Under the pieces are notes generated by a model that saw only the letters and a program-made list of their open reading frames with translations, did not search any database and was not told the DNA's origin. A program made the position numbers and the translations under genes. Source: Squalus acanthias (taxonomy: Eukaryota). From it: 64,000 nt of DNA. Shown here in pieces: positions 1-11,611 of the stretch; within the stretch, counting starts at the first letter, position 1, and every line of letters begins with the position of its first letter. Location of the stretch: assembly GCA_030390025.1 (NCBI GenBank), contig CM059449.1:19964001-20028000 (forward strand), in the 5' to 3' direction.

Positions 1-915
1 ACCCTCTGCTTCCTGTCACCGAGCCAGTTTTGAATCCAACTTGACACTTTGCCCTGAATCCCAAGGGCTTTTAACTTTGTGACCAGTCTGCCATGTGGAA
101 CCTTATCAAAAGCCTTGCTAAAGGCCATATACACTACATCAAATGCACTACCCCCATCTACCCTCCTTGTTACCTCCTCAAAAAATTCAATCAAGTTTAT
201 CAGACATGACCTTCCCTTAACAAATCCGTGTTTTTCTAAATGAAGATTTATCCTGTCCTTCAGAATTCTTTCCAATAATTTTCCCACTACCGAGGTTAGG
301 CTGACTGGCCTGTAATTACTCGGTCTATCCTTTTCTCCCTTTTTAAACAAGGGTACCACATTAGCAGTCCTCCAGTCCTCCGGCACCACACCTGAAGCCA
401 GAGAGGATTGAAAAATGATGGTCAGGACCTCTGCTATTTCCTCTTTTGCTTCGCTTAACAGCCTGGGGTACATTCCATCCGGGCCTGGGGATTTATCTAC
501 TTTTAAAGCTGCTAAACCCCTTAATTCTTCCTCTCTCACTATGTTTATTTCATCTAATATTTCACACTCCTCCCCCCCCCCCCCGATAGCAATATCTGCT
601 TCGCCCCTCTCCTTTGTGAAAACAGACGCAAAGTATTCATTAAGAACCCTACCGATGTCTCCCGCCTCCTCACACAGATTACCCTCATGATCTCTAATAG
701 GCCCTACCCTTTCTTTAGTTATCCTCTTACTCTTAATATATTTATAAAACATCTTTGGGTTTTCCTTGACTTTACTTGCCAAGAATTTTTCATGCTCTCT
801 CTTTGCTTTCCTAATATCCTTTTTAATTGCACCCCTGCACTTTCTGTACTCCTCTAAAGATTCTGGAGTACTTAGCCCTCGGTATCTGTCATACGCCTCC
901 CTTTTTTTCCTTCTT
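1..915 (-). mobile_element. CR1-clade LINE, ORF2 fragment (RT region), running off the window start
   Basis: Minus strand reads RKKREAYDRYRGLSTPESLEEYRKCRGAIKKDIRKAKREHEKFLASKVKENPKMFYKYIKSKR, then LIEFFEEVTRRVDGGSAFDVVYMAFSKAFDKVPHGRLV, which are CR1 RT motifs. Confidence 0.92.
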
Positions 916-1600
916 TCCTTCTTTTACATCTCTACATTTCTCACAGAAAAAGACTTCAGGGATATTAGACTTTGGGATTTTGGCACAAGAACCGGCAGAT
1001 ACAGGTGTTCCGCTGGTTACATTCAGTCATCGGACTGCCTGCAAAGGGCTTCTGACAATAACATGTCACCAGGTCCCACCAGTCGCCATCTGCTTCCACC
1101 ATCATATCTTCATCCATTACCCGCCTTTCGCCTTCACTGGAGCAAGTTTCACCATCATAACCATTCCCCATACTGAGATTCTCTGAATCTCAATTGATAC
1201 TCAGTGTAAGTGACCCCTGGATTTGGTCTCACACTGTAAGTGGTCCCTGCATTTGGTCTCAGGGTGTAAGGGGTCCTTGGATTTAGTCTCTCGATGTAAG
1301 TGGTCCCTGGATTTGGTCTCAGGGTGCAAGTGGTCCCTGGATTTAGTCTCAGGGTGCAAGTGGTCCCTGGATTTGGTCTCAGAGAGGAATCTCGCAGTCA
1401 CCACCTCCTCATTCCAGTCCGCTTCACTCATCCAGCTGTTCATCTTTTTCTCAGCTACTTCATTTGCCAGCCTTAGCGTTTTGCTCCTTTTAATGTGGGC
1501 GAAGCGGGACCTCTCCCCGTCAAACGCTGTCTGCTTTTCCATTTCCCTGCTCCAATTTTTATCAGCAGCTATATCTAACTTTGATCGGTTTAAACACAAA
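916..1600 (-). pseudogene. PHF23: PHF23/PHF13-like PHD-finger gene, intronless frameshifted retrocopy (3' portion)
   Basis: Minus-strand frames give DGERSRFAHIKRSKTLRL...SEADWNEE..., then [59 protein letters not shown], then after a frameshift near 991 [21 protein letters not shown]. This matches the PHF23 C-terminus ([41 protein letters not shown]...SCAKIKKTNVPDFFYCQKC), recalled from memory. Zinc ligands are lost and the frame is broken. Confidence 0.8.
1201..1380. repeat. 30-bp minisatellite, 6 copies (consensus agggtgcaagtggtccctggatttggtctc; ETKSRDHLHP on the minus strand)
   Basis: Six adjacent 30-nt units start at 1201, 1231, 1261, 1291, 1321 and 1351. Confidence 0.95.
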
Positions 1601-1880
1601 GCGGAGGAGCACGATGTCCCGCTGCAGAGACTGAAGGCAGCTGAAGGACGGGCTCGAGCGGCAAAAAGTGAGGCTGTGATTGAAGGAGGGGAGAGCGCGA
1701 GCGGGAGGGGGCGCAAGTGGGGGGAGGGGGAAAGGTGCGAGCGGAGGGCGCAAGCTAAGCATCAATCCCTAACGGTAAAGACGCGAGCGGCTTGAGGGAG
1801 AGAGCGGGGAAAAGGTGAAGCTTTAATTGGAGTGGCGAGGGGGGAGGGGCTGAAGTGAGCGTGAGCGGATCATCAATCAA

Positions 1881-2803
1881 GAACAACTTGCATTTATATA
1901 GCGCCTTTAATGTAGTAAAACATCCCAAGGCGCTTCACAGGAGCATTATCAAACAAAATTTGACACCGAGCCATATAAGGAGATATTAGGGCAGATGACC
2001 AAAGGCCTGGTCAAAGAGGTAGGTTTTAAAGAGCATCTTAAAGGAGGAAAGGTAGAGAGGCGGAGAGGTTTAGGGAGGGAATTCCAGAGCTGGGGGCCTC
2101 GGCAGCTGAAGGCTCGGCCGCCAATGGTGGAGCGATTAAAATCAGGGATACGCAAGAGGCATTAATTGGAGGAACGCAGATATCTCGGAGGATTGTAGGA
2201 GGTTAGAGAGATAGGGAGGGGAGAGGCCATGGAGGGATTTGAAAACAAGGATGAGAATTTTAAAAGAGGCATTGCTCAACCGGGAGCCAACGTAGGTCAG
2301 CGAGCAGAGGGGTGATGGATGAGCGAGACTTGGTGCGAGTTAGGATACAGGTAGCAGAGTCTTGGATGAGCTTAAGTTTACAGAGGGTGGAAGAGGGGAG
2401 GCCGGCCAAGAGAGCTTTGGAATAGTCAAGTCGAGAGGCAACAAAGGCATGGGTGAGGGTTTCAGCAGCAGATGAGCTGAGGCAGGGGCGGAGTCGGGCG
2501 ATGCTGCAGTGATAGTGCGGATATGTGGTCAGAAGCTCATCTCGGGGTCAAACATGACACCAAGGTTGCGAATCATGTGGTTCAGCTTCAGACAGTTGCC
2601 AGGGAGAGGGATGGAGTCGGCGGCTAGAGAACGGAGTTTGTGGCGGGGACCGAAAACAATGGGTCTTCCCAATATTTAGTTGGAGAAAATTTCTGCTCAT
2701 CCAGTACTGGATGTCGGACAAACAGTCTGACAATGTAGAGACAGTGGAGGGGTCGCGAGAGGTGGTGGTGAGGTAGAGCTTGGCGTCGTCAGCGTGCATG
2801 TGA
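1881..2803 (-). mobile_element. L2-clade LINE 3' fragment
   Basis: Minus strand encodes FHMHADDAKLY...LSDCLSDIQYWMSRNFLQLNIGKT and GGRAFSCRGPQLWNSLP. It ends in the L2 tail ggcgctatataaatgcaagttgtt. Confidence 0.9.
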
Positions 2804-3302
2804 AACCCCAATGGTAAGACCACAAACGGCTTGAGAGAGAGCAGGAAAAAGGTGAAGCTTTGACTGGAGGAGTAGAGAGTGCGAGCAGGGCCGTGGCGGG
2901 GGGAGGCATGTACCGAACTCAGCAGCACGTGGCGAGAAGCAGGGGGTGAGGGGGAGCCCGGGAAAGGTCTCAGAGCCCAGGGAAAGACCGGTTTTAGAAA
3001 GCTCCAGTGCTCCGGATTCACCTATCTAGGTTTGGGTGGAGCACTTAGGAAAATTTACCGATTGGCAATCCGGCCTCTCAGGGGAAATCGGTCGGCCGGA
3101 TCCGACCCGCTTATCGTCCGTTTGACACCCCTGACACAGCACGTCCAGAAGCATCTGGAAAAAAATCAGTCAATATTGTGGGTAGAAACTCTTCATTGCA
3201 AATCAAAACAGGTGACAGGAGTCTCTGAAATCGTCAATTTTTTTGTCTCAATTTGTGCAGTTTTTCATTTTGTTAAACACCCAGAAACACGCCAATTAGC
3301 AC

Positions 3303-3740
3303 TTGGCTCAGTTGGTTGCACTCTCCTCTCTGAGTCAGACGGTCGTGGGTTCAAGTCCCCCCAGAGACTGGAGCACAAAAATCTAGGCTGACACTGCAGT
3401 GCAGTACTGAGGGAGTGCTGCACTGTCGGAGGTGCCGTCTTTTGGATGAGACGTTAAACCGAGGCCCCGTCTGCCCTCTCAGGTGAACATAAACGACCCC
3501 ATGGCACTATTTCGAAGAAGAGCAGGGGAGTTATCCCCGGTGTCCAAATCAACATCACTAAAATAACATTACCTGGTCATTATCATATGACTGTTTGTGG
3601 CAGCTTGCTGTGCGCAAATTGGCTGCCGTGTTTCCTACATTACAACTGCGACTACACTTTAAAAGTACTTCACTGGCTGTAAAGCACTTTGGGACGTCCT
3701 CAGTTCGTGAAAGGCGCTATATAAATGCAAGTTCTTTCTT
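3303..3740 (+). mobile_element. Deu-domain tRNA-derived SINE (SacSINE1-like) with L2-type tail
   Basis: Has an A-box (tggctcagttgg), a B-box (ggttcaagtcc), the Deu core gcagtactgagggagtgctgcactgtcggaggtgccgtc, and the tail gaaaggcgctatataaatgcaagtt. Confidence 0.9.
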
Positions 3741-3811
3741 TAAAACAGTTGTCGGGCCACTGACTTGTGATGCAACACTGCCACACACAGGGACTGGATG
3801 GTTCTGCATCT

Positions 3812-4207
3812 CAGATTCTACTCGGAGCTCCGACACAGCAAGAGAGCCCCAGGTGGGCAGAGGAAACGCTTCAAGGACACCCTCAAAGCCTCCTTGAAAA
3901 AGTGCAACATCCCCACCGACACCTGGGAATCCCTGGCCCAAGATCGCAGAAAGTGGAGGAGAAGCATCTGGGAAGGTGCCAAACACCTCAAGTTTCTTCG
4001 CCGGGAGCAAGCGGAAGCCAAGCGTAGGCAGCGCAAGGAGCGCACGTCAACCCAAGCACCCCACCCACCCGCCCATTCAACCACCGTCTGCCCCACCTGT
4101 GACAGAGACTGTAGGTCCCACATTGGACTCATCAGTCACCTGAGAAATCTTTTTTAATGTGGAAGCAAGTCATCCTCGGTTCCGAGGGACTGCCTAAGAA
4201 GAAGAGA
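3812..4207 (+). mobile_element. RTE-clade LINE 3' end
   Basis: ORF 3798-4157 reads YSELRHSKRAPGGQRKRFKDTLKASLKKCNI...CPTCDRDCRSHIGLISHLR (C-terminal C2H2 motif). It is followed by an (aag)n tail. Confidence 0.88.
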
Positions 4208-4392
4208 AGATCTCAGATTACACAAGCTCCACCTGCAGCCAGGCAGTAGTTCTACAGTGGACTCCCACAGCTACCTGGACTGCACTTCCTCCCACCCCGC
4301 TTCCTGTAAATAATCTATTCCGTTCTCCCAGTTTCTCCGTCTCTGCCGCATCTGTTGTGACGATGCCACCTTCCATACCAGTGCTGCCGATA

Positions 4393-5630
4393 TAGAGTCA
4401 TAACGGCACAGGAGGAGACCATTCGGCCCATCGAGTCCGTGCTGGCCCTTTGTAGAGCAATCCAGTCAGTCCCATTGCTCCGCTCTATCCCCGTAGCCCA
4501 GCAAGTTTATTTCCCTCAAGTGCCTATCCAGTCTCCCCTTGAAAACATTGAGGGTTGGATTTTCATTGACCCGTGGAGGCGGGTTTGGAGGCGTGTGGGG
4601 GGTTAAAGTTGCAGATTCGGGGGTCCCGACCCCATCCCGCCTCCATGCCAGTTTCGCTGGAGGCGGGTACCCGACCTGTGCTGGGACCCGCCTCTACGAG
4701 GCGGGAAGGGGATTAGTGACAATTAACTGCCTGTTAACAGGTAGTGAACAGGCATTTTTTGCCTAATCCCTATTTTGAAAGCTGCAATGTGGGCTTCCCG
4801 ACAGGTGCCAATCATGCCAAGTTAGCGAGGCGGACCGTGGGTCTGCAGGGGTTGGAGGGGTCGATATGTCCGGTGGGCAGGTGAGTGATGGGTGCATGTG
4901 TGTAGAGGTAAGTGTGTAAGGTAAGTGCAAAGTGTGGGGAAAAGTTTTACTTACCTTAACTTCCTCCTGCAGGTGTCAGCCCTTCAGTTCTCGGGAGTCA
5001 GAAATCTCACCGGCACAGAAAGCAGAACGGCCGTGGTGCTGTCAAAAGTTTCAACCTCTGCTTTCTGTGCTGGAATGATTTCTAACTCAGCCTGAGAGGA
5101 AGGACTCAAGTTTGAAGACAAATCGTCAGTGTTTGACAGCTTCACAGAGCTGTCAAACGCTGATATTTCATCTGTCAAAAGCTCTTGACAGATGAAATGT
5201 CAATCTGTGACGTCACCTGTTGCCGGGTGGCCCTTAATTGGCCTGCTGAGCTCACTGGGCGGGCTCAACAAGGTCAATCAAGGGAAAATACAGTGGGTTG
5301 GCCACAAGTCGATGGAGGCGGGTCTACAACCCAAAAAGTGGGATTCCCGACTCCATCACGTCCCCAGTATCAAAATCCAGCCCTGAGTGTCTCCGCTTCC
5401 ACTACTCCCGTCAGCAGCGAATTCCAGGTCATAACCACTCGCTGTGTAAAAAGGTTTTTCCTCACATCCCCCCGTATCTCTTGCCCAAAACCTTAAATCT
5501 GTGTCCCCTAGTCCTTGTACCATCAACGAGTGGGAACAGCCTTTCCATGTCTAGCCTATCCAAACCCGTCATAATCTTGTACACCTCGATCAAATCAACC
5601 CTCAACCTCCTTTGCTTTAATGAAAACAAA
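4393..5630 (-). mobile_element. CR1 LINE 3' fragment, unit-A specific, split by a MITE
   Basis: Minus-strand ORF reads LFSLKQRRLRVDLIEVYKIMTGLDRLDMERLFPLVDGTRTRGHRFK. The CR1 tail lies at 4393-4430. Confidence 0.88.
4552..5383. mobile_element. PIF/Harbinger-type non-autonomous DNA transposon (832 bp)
   Basis: TIRs are gggttggatttt (4552) and aaaatccagccc (ending 5383). A 3-bp TGA target-site duplication lies at 4549-4551 and 5384-5386, and CR1 sequence resumes on both sides. Confidence 0.8.
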
Positions 5631-6618
5631 TCTTCCTTTTCCCTCAACCGAGGATTCCCCTCTACCGTGGTTGACATGGCCCTCCATGTCCGTTCCATTT
5701 CCCACACTTCTGCTCTCACCCCTTCCCCTCCCTCCCAGAACCACGATAGTGTTCCTCTTGTCCACACCTTTCACCCCACCAGCCTCCACATTCAACGGAT
5801 CATCCATTTCCGTTACCACCAGCGTGATCCCACCAGAAAACACATCTTCCCCTCCCCTCCCCTTTCAGCATTCTGAAGGTACCGCTCCCTCCGTGACACC
5901 CTGGTCCACTCCTCAATCACCCCTATCACCCGCTCCCTGTCCCACGGCACCTTCCCGTGCAAGTGCAGGAGATGCAACACCTGCCCTTTTACCTCATCCC
6001 TTCCCACCGTCCAGGGCCCCAAACACTCCTTCCAGGTGAAACAGCGATTTACTTGTACTTCTTGCAATTTAGTATACTGTATTTGCTGCTCACGATGCGG
6101 TCTCCTCTACATTGGGGAGACCAAACGCAGATAGGGTGACCGCTTTGCGGAACACCTCCATTCAGTCCGTAAGCGTAACCCTGAGCTTCCGGTCGCCTGT
6201 CACTTTAATTCTCAGCTCCACTCCCACTCTGATCTCTCCATCCTCGGCCTCTTACACTGTTCCAACAAAGCTCGCGGAATAGCACCTCATCTTTCGATTA
6301 GGCACTTTACAGCCTTCTGGACTCAACATCGAGTTCAACAATTTCAGACTATAACCTCGGCCCCCATGTTTTCTTTTCTCTCTCACATGGCAGCTGCTGA
6401 TGATTCTGCCATTGTCATTTACACCTCATCTAGAGTCATCTTTTGTTTCTTAACTTGTCCCATTACCATCTCCTTTTGCCTTGCACCATCATCCCTTTTG
6501 TCTTTTAATCTCTCCTGCCTTCCAGCCCATCACAGACCTTCCCTTTGTTCTTTCCTCCACTCCCCCCTTTCCCTGCCCCTGCACTTGCTTAAAAATCTGT
6601 TACATCTCTAACTTTTTC

Positions 6619-6657
6619 CAGTTCTGACGAAGGGTCATCGACCTGAAACGTTAACTG
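6619..6657 (+). ncRNA. Minimal type-I hammerhead ribozyme in the Penelope LTR
   Basis: cagtt-CTGACGA-ag-ggtc-atc-gacc-t-GAAA-CG-TT-aactg: stem I cagtt/aactg, core CUGANGA...GAAA, palindromic stem III (aacgtt). Confidence 0.72.
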
Positions 6658-6756
6658 TTTCTCTCTCCACGATGCTTCCTGACCTGCTGAGTATTTCCAG
6701 CATTTTCTGCTGTTGTTTCAGTGGTTCTACAGTATTTATGTATCATTGCTACATTT

Positions 6757-7670
6757 TCAACAACTACTTGCATTTATAAAGCGCCTTTCATGTCGTAAAA
6801 CGTCCCAAGGCGCTTCACAGGAGCGTTATCAAACAAAATTTGACACCATGCCAAATAAGGAGATATTAGGACAGGTGACTAAAAGCTTGGTCAAAGAGGC
6901 AGGTTTTAAGGAGCTTCTGAAAGGAGGAGAGGTAGAGAGGCGGAGAGGTTTAGGGAGGGAATTCCGGAGATTTAGGCCTAGGCAGCTGAAGGCACGGCCG
7001 CCAATGGTGGGGCGATGAAAATCGGGGATGCGCAAGAGGCCAGAATTGGAGGAGCGCAGAGATTTCAGATGGTTCGAGGACAGGAGGAGGTTGCAGGGAT
7101 AGGGAGGGGCGACAACATGGAGGGAGTGGAAGACAAGGATGAAAATTTTAAAACTGAGGCGTTGCTGGACTGGGAGCCAATGTAAGGCAGCGAGGACAGG
7201 GGTGATGGGAGAAGGGACTTGGTGCGATTTGGGATCAGGGCAGCAGAAGTTTGGATGAGCTGAAGCTTATGAAGGGTGGAAGATAGGAGGCCAGCCAGGA
7301 GAGCATGGGAATAGTCAAGTCTAGAGGTAACAAAGGCATAGATGATGGTTTCAGCAGCAGATGAGCTGAGGCAGGAGCGGGGAGGGTGGTGTTACGGAGG
7401 TGGAAGTAGGGGGTCTAGGTGATGGAGCAGACATGTGTTCGGAAGGTCCTCTCGGGGTCAAATAGGATGCCAAGGTTGCAAACGGTCTGATTCAGCCTCA
7501 GACAGTGGCCAGGAAGAGGGATGGGGTCAATGGTTAGGTAACGGAGTTTGTGGCGGAGACCGAAGGCAATGGCTTCGGTCTTCCCAATATTTAGTCGGAG
7601 GAAATTTCTGCTGGTCGAACAAGCAGCGTGACAAATCAGGGACAGTGGAGGAGTCGAGAGTGGTGGAGAT
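6757..7670 (-). mobile_element. L2 LINE 3' fragment (unit B copy ~24818-25670)
   Basis: Encodes RNFLRLNIGKTEAI and GGRAFSCLGLNLRNSLP; L2 tail at ~6760. Confidence 0.87.
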
Positions 7671-10600
7671 TCCCAATGCACGATGGGGACGCAGATCACA
7701 GAACTGCCCAACCCAAAGAGAGGAACGCCAACCATAAAGAAATTTATCTATGCAACTTTCTATCTTTGAAATAATGGGAAGAATCACAGAGGTCAATCAC
7801 TTATAGCCGGAGGCTTCTCATTCACTGTGCCCAGTAGGGCTTAGCTGAGCAGACCTTTCTATATCTCAGGCTCCTACATCAAAAATGAGACAACTCAGAG
7901 TGGTAAATCCGATTGATGGCTTGACGGGCCAAACTCCACAATCTTAAAGGGAGTTTTATTCTCTCTCTTTTAGAGGAACAGCAACATGTCAGAGGAAGTC
8001 AATGCAACTGGTAACAGTAAACACAGAACCAGTCTGGATCAACTAGCTTGAAAGTTCGTTTCCACTCACAGTGTCAATAGAGAGTGCGTTTTTCTTATTT
8101 TTCATGAAACGAGGAGTGGTAAGAAATTGAGAGGTGTCACTGTGAGAACAGTACTCTGCTCGTTCACAGATTTCATGTAAAATAACCCCGTTTATTGGTT
8201 TTCAATTGTGCCTCGTTTTGCTAGAGTGCTTTTCAGTCTGCCTTCCATAGAACAAAACCATTTCAATAACATCCTACAACAGAGTGGAGATATGGCTAAT
8301 TTAAAGAGGCGGGTTCTTGCAGGGTTTATTTTTAGTGCAAAAATCCAGGAGAAAGCCAGTGGGGAAAACCGGACCCCCCAAAAAAGCCCAGGTAAATTTG
8401 GGAAGTAAGGGTCTCAAAAATATACAGTCAAGCCGATGGACAACTATTATTTACACCGTTCAGCGACACCACTTTTATGCGGCTCACCATCTAACTCCCA
8501 CTTAACCCACAGATAGATTTTTTTTAAACTAAAAGTAAAATTGAGGAATCTATGTTTACAGCTGTGCCTCCAGTTCACTATGATGGTGGGATGTTAAAAA
8601 TTGTTGGAGATTATGCAGAGGGGAATAGTTGCAATCTTCCTTTCAGTAAAAGATGCCTTTGGTGTGTGCCCGGTGTCAGCCTTTGATCGGTGACCTGAGG
8701 CTTGAAGGGACTAGTATTTATGCTACCTAGCAGTACACTGCTGTCCTTGCTCCATGCCTAACTAGGAATGAAAGACTGACATTTCATGCAGTATAAAGAA
8801 TACAGTCCTCTCACAGCAACATGTAACGTTCATCGAGGTCCCCTTAAAAACATCAAATTGCACAGCCTTCCATTTGTTTTCCTGCTGAAAATTGGACCCA
8901 GAGATGCACGTGCATCACATCACTGTGCACGCTGCATGACACAGACAGCATGCGGTGTGCACACGTGAGCAGGAGTGGGCCATTCAGCCCCCTCGAGCCT
9001 GCTCCGCCAATCAATGGCTCATCTGTGCCTCATCTCCACTGTCCCGCCTCAGCGCCATGTCCCTTGACAGTTGACACCCTTACAAACTGAGCGATTTGTG
9101 CATATTTCTACATCTAATATTTAGCAAAATAGAAGATGGTGAGAAATTTCAGTTTCTTTTTCCCCCAACAGGAAGTCAGTTTTTACAGAGCCTAAAAAAA
9201 TTACAGAATTTATCAGTGGAAGTCGGTAAAAGTCCCTAAATATTGGCCATGACACCAGAAGTGTTCCATACACGTCTTCAAATGGTGCCATTACATCTTT
9301 AATGTCCACCTGAACCCTCAGGGCCTCAGTGTAGCATCTCATCGAAGGACGATGTACAGTACAGCACTAGACCTAGAGTATAAGCACAAGTCCAGGAGCT
9401 GGCTTTCTCTAACTCACAAGGATCACTATAGAATCAGTAACAGGCGACGTGCTCTAGTTTAAAATAACTAACAGCGAGGTGGATGTGGGTTGAGGTCCCC
9501 ATTCTGCACCTCAGTAGCCTGTTGAGAGTTAAGCTCTCGTGCAAACGGCCAAACATGTAGAAAGCCAACCAGCTCACTGACCATTTCAAGGAATAGATAA
9601 GGAAACAGGTTTAGTCTGAAATATTCTGCGGTTTCTGATATCCTGTTGAGTAATGCCGTTTACAGAAGTAAAAACAAAAGGAAGAGCTCGTGCTGCTGAG
9701 CTGCGGCTCTCGGTGAATGTTGGGTGACGCTAACTCTGGTGACCATCACCGATTATCTTGACTGTGGCTTCTCCTTTAACTGCTTGCACAAGCTGCAGAA
9801 AATGACCAGCTTCAACCCACCCATCTGCTGCTGGTCAGTGCAGTAAATAGTTACCAAGTATAGTGAGAGAAACACAGACCAGATGGGCTGTGATGGATTT
9901 CCAGTGAAACCAGATCAACGCCCAGAGGATGCAGTACTGGATCTGATCGGGGTCATATTGTGAAGGCTCCTGTTCAGTACAACGTGATTTCCGAGCTCAC
10001 CCTGTCTGGAGAGACTGGATGATCCCTGTGTACTTGATGTGCATCGAGGTGTCTGATCATCTTCCAACACAGCAGCACCCCTTGTAAACTTGGAGCCATT
10101 GGGTAAGACCCTATTGTAGTTTCTTTGTTTCAATCTGTTGAGAAGAACAGTTTCCATTTGAGTTCAAGTATCTCTTGTCACTGATGAATAGAGTCCATGT
10201 CACTTTAGAGTGAATTCGGCCTTTCTCTCTTAATTCTCATGAGTTGAATTATTCCTGGTCGTGGTTTAACAATGAGAATTCCACTATCAGTTCAGGTCGC
10301 TGCTTCTGGTGGGGAAACCTCCCTCTTACTGCTTCCTAATGTTTGCTTTTCAACTCTTTAAGGTAATTTTAATCTAACTCGCCAGGCAGGATACCCACAG
10401 GTTCGGGGTAACACTGGTTTTAAACCCAGCCCAATATTACTCTCCACTGACATCGAATTATCGGTGGCCATAAATACCACCTCGTCCAATCTTCCGGTTA
10501 ACATGGGCGTTTGGTAAAAATAAAATCAGACAGTACATGTGCACCAGTCCAATTACACACGACTCAAAGGGGAATGCACAATTCCCCCTTCTGAAGAACG

Positions 10601-11021
10601 AGGGATGATTGCAGCGATCGGGAGCTCCCGGGCAGGGTGGCAATACAGCCCATAATATTGCAATCATTAAAAATTGGAAATTGGACGGAAAATCCTGAGT
10701 TACTGCCCCGCGAGTTTCTGATCTGTGCTCCCAGCCATCACCGACCCTGGCCGCGAGTGAGCAGTCAATGTACACGAACCAGCCAATCGGCTCTGACATC
10801 AGACACTATTTCAACAGTAAGTAGGAGGAAATGCTCGCTACAGACCCTACCGAGGTACTCCACTAATAAACCGAACTACAACCGATTGTTTTATACTAAA
10901 TCCTTTCTATCCAATACATTAAATGTGATTAATTTTTTGACATTTCATGTCTGATTTCTTCACACCCAGGAGATTTATTAAACTGTCTATTGGACTGTGG
11001 GAGACCCGTGGTTTCTCAGTC

Positions 11022-11490
11022 CCTTGTGTCAGCTGTGGCTCAGTTGGTAGCACATTCGCCTCAGTCAGAAGGTTCTGGGGTCAAGTCCCACTCCAGAGAC
11101 TTCAGCACAAAAATCTAGGCAGACACTCCAGTGCGATGCTAAGGGAGTGCTGCATTGTCGGAGGTGCCGTCTTTCGGATGAGACGTTAAAACGAGGTACC
11201 GTCTGCTCTCAGGTGGACGCAAAAGATCCCATGGCATTATTTCAAAAAAGAGCAGGGGAGGTATCCCCGGTGCCCTGGCCAATATTTATCCCTCAATCAA
11301 CATAACAAAACAGATTATTTGGTCATTATCACATTGCTGTTTGTGGGAGCTTGCTGTGCGCAAATTGGCTGCCGTGTTTCCCACATTACAAGAGACTACA
11401 CTTCAAAAAGTACTTCATTATCTGTAAAGCGCTTTGAGACGTCCGGTGGTCGTGAAAGGCGCTATATAAATGCAAGTCTTTCTTTCTTTC
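11022..11490 (+). mobile_element. Full-length Deu-SINE (unit B copy ~29487-29955)
   Basis: tRNA head, Deu core and L2-type tail ending in (tctt)n, directly upstream of the leader-exon acceptor. Confidence 0.9.
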
Positions 11491-11538
11491 TTCCTCTGAT
11501 CTCTCACTGATGAGCTTATGTCGTTTCTCTCCTAGAAC

Positions 11539-11611
11539 ATGTTTTTATTCCACTCACATTCCCTCACAGAGCAGTCCTGGTTAATACTGTTCCTGTTCAT
11601 CACTGACCCAG
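11539..11611 (+). CDS. CD2/SLAM-family receptor A, leader (signal peptide) exon
   Basis: Acceptor tttctctcctag|aacATG; encodes MFLFHSHSLTEQSWLILFLFITDP; phase-1 donor CCAG|gtagga; splices in frame to the V exon. Confidence 0.78.

Larger units (their letters stand above)
4255..6720 (+). mobile_element. Penelope-like element (RT C-terminus, GIY-YIG, 3' LTR), interrupted by an insertion at 4393-5630
   Basis: 4261-4392 reads SHSYLDCTSSHPASCK*SIPFSQFLRLCRIC...FHTSAAD. It resumes at 5631 with SSF.LNRGFPSTVVD, then CTSCNLVYCICCSRCGLLYIGETKRR. The same junction is uninterrupted in unit B at 23700. Confidence 0.88.

Noticed and set aside
1201-1380. 30-bp repeats as a CRISPR array
   Set aside because: The units are contiguous with no unique spacers, and the context is eukaryotic.
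3303-3375. tRNA genes at SINE heads (also ~11035, ~37460-37520, ~63630)
   Set aside because: The A/B boxes continue into SINE cores and do not form a complete cloverleaf with a terminator.
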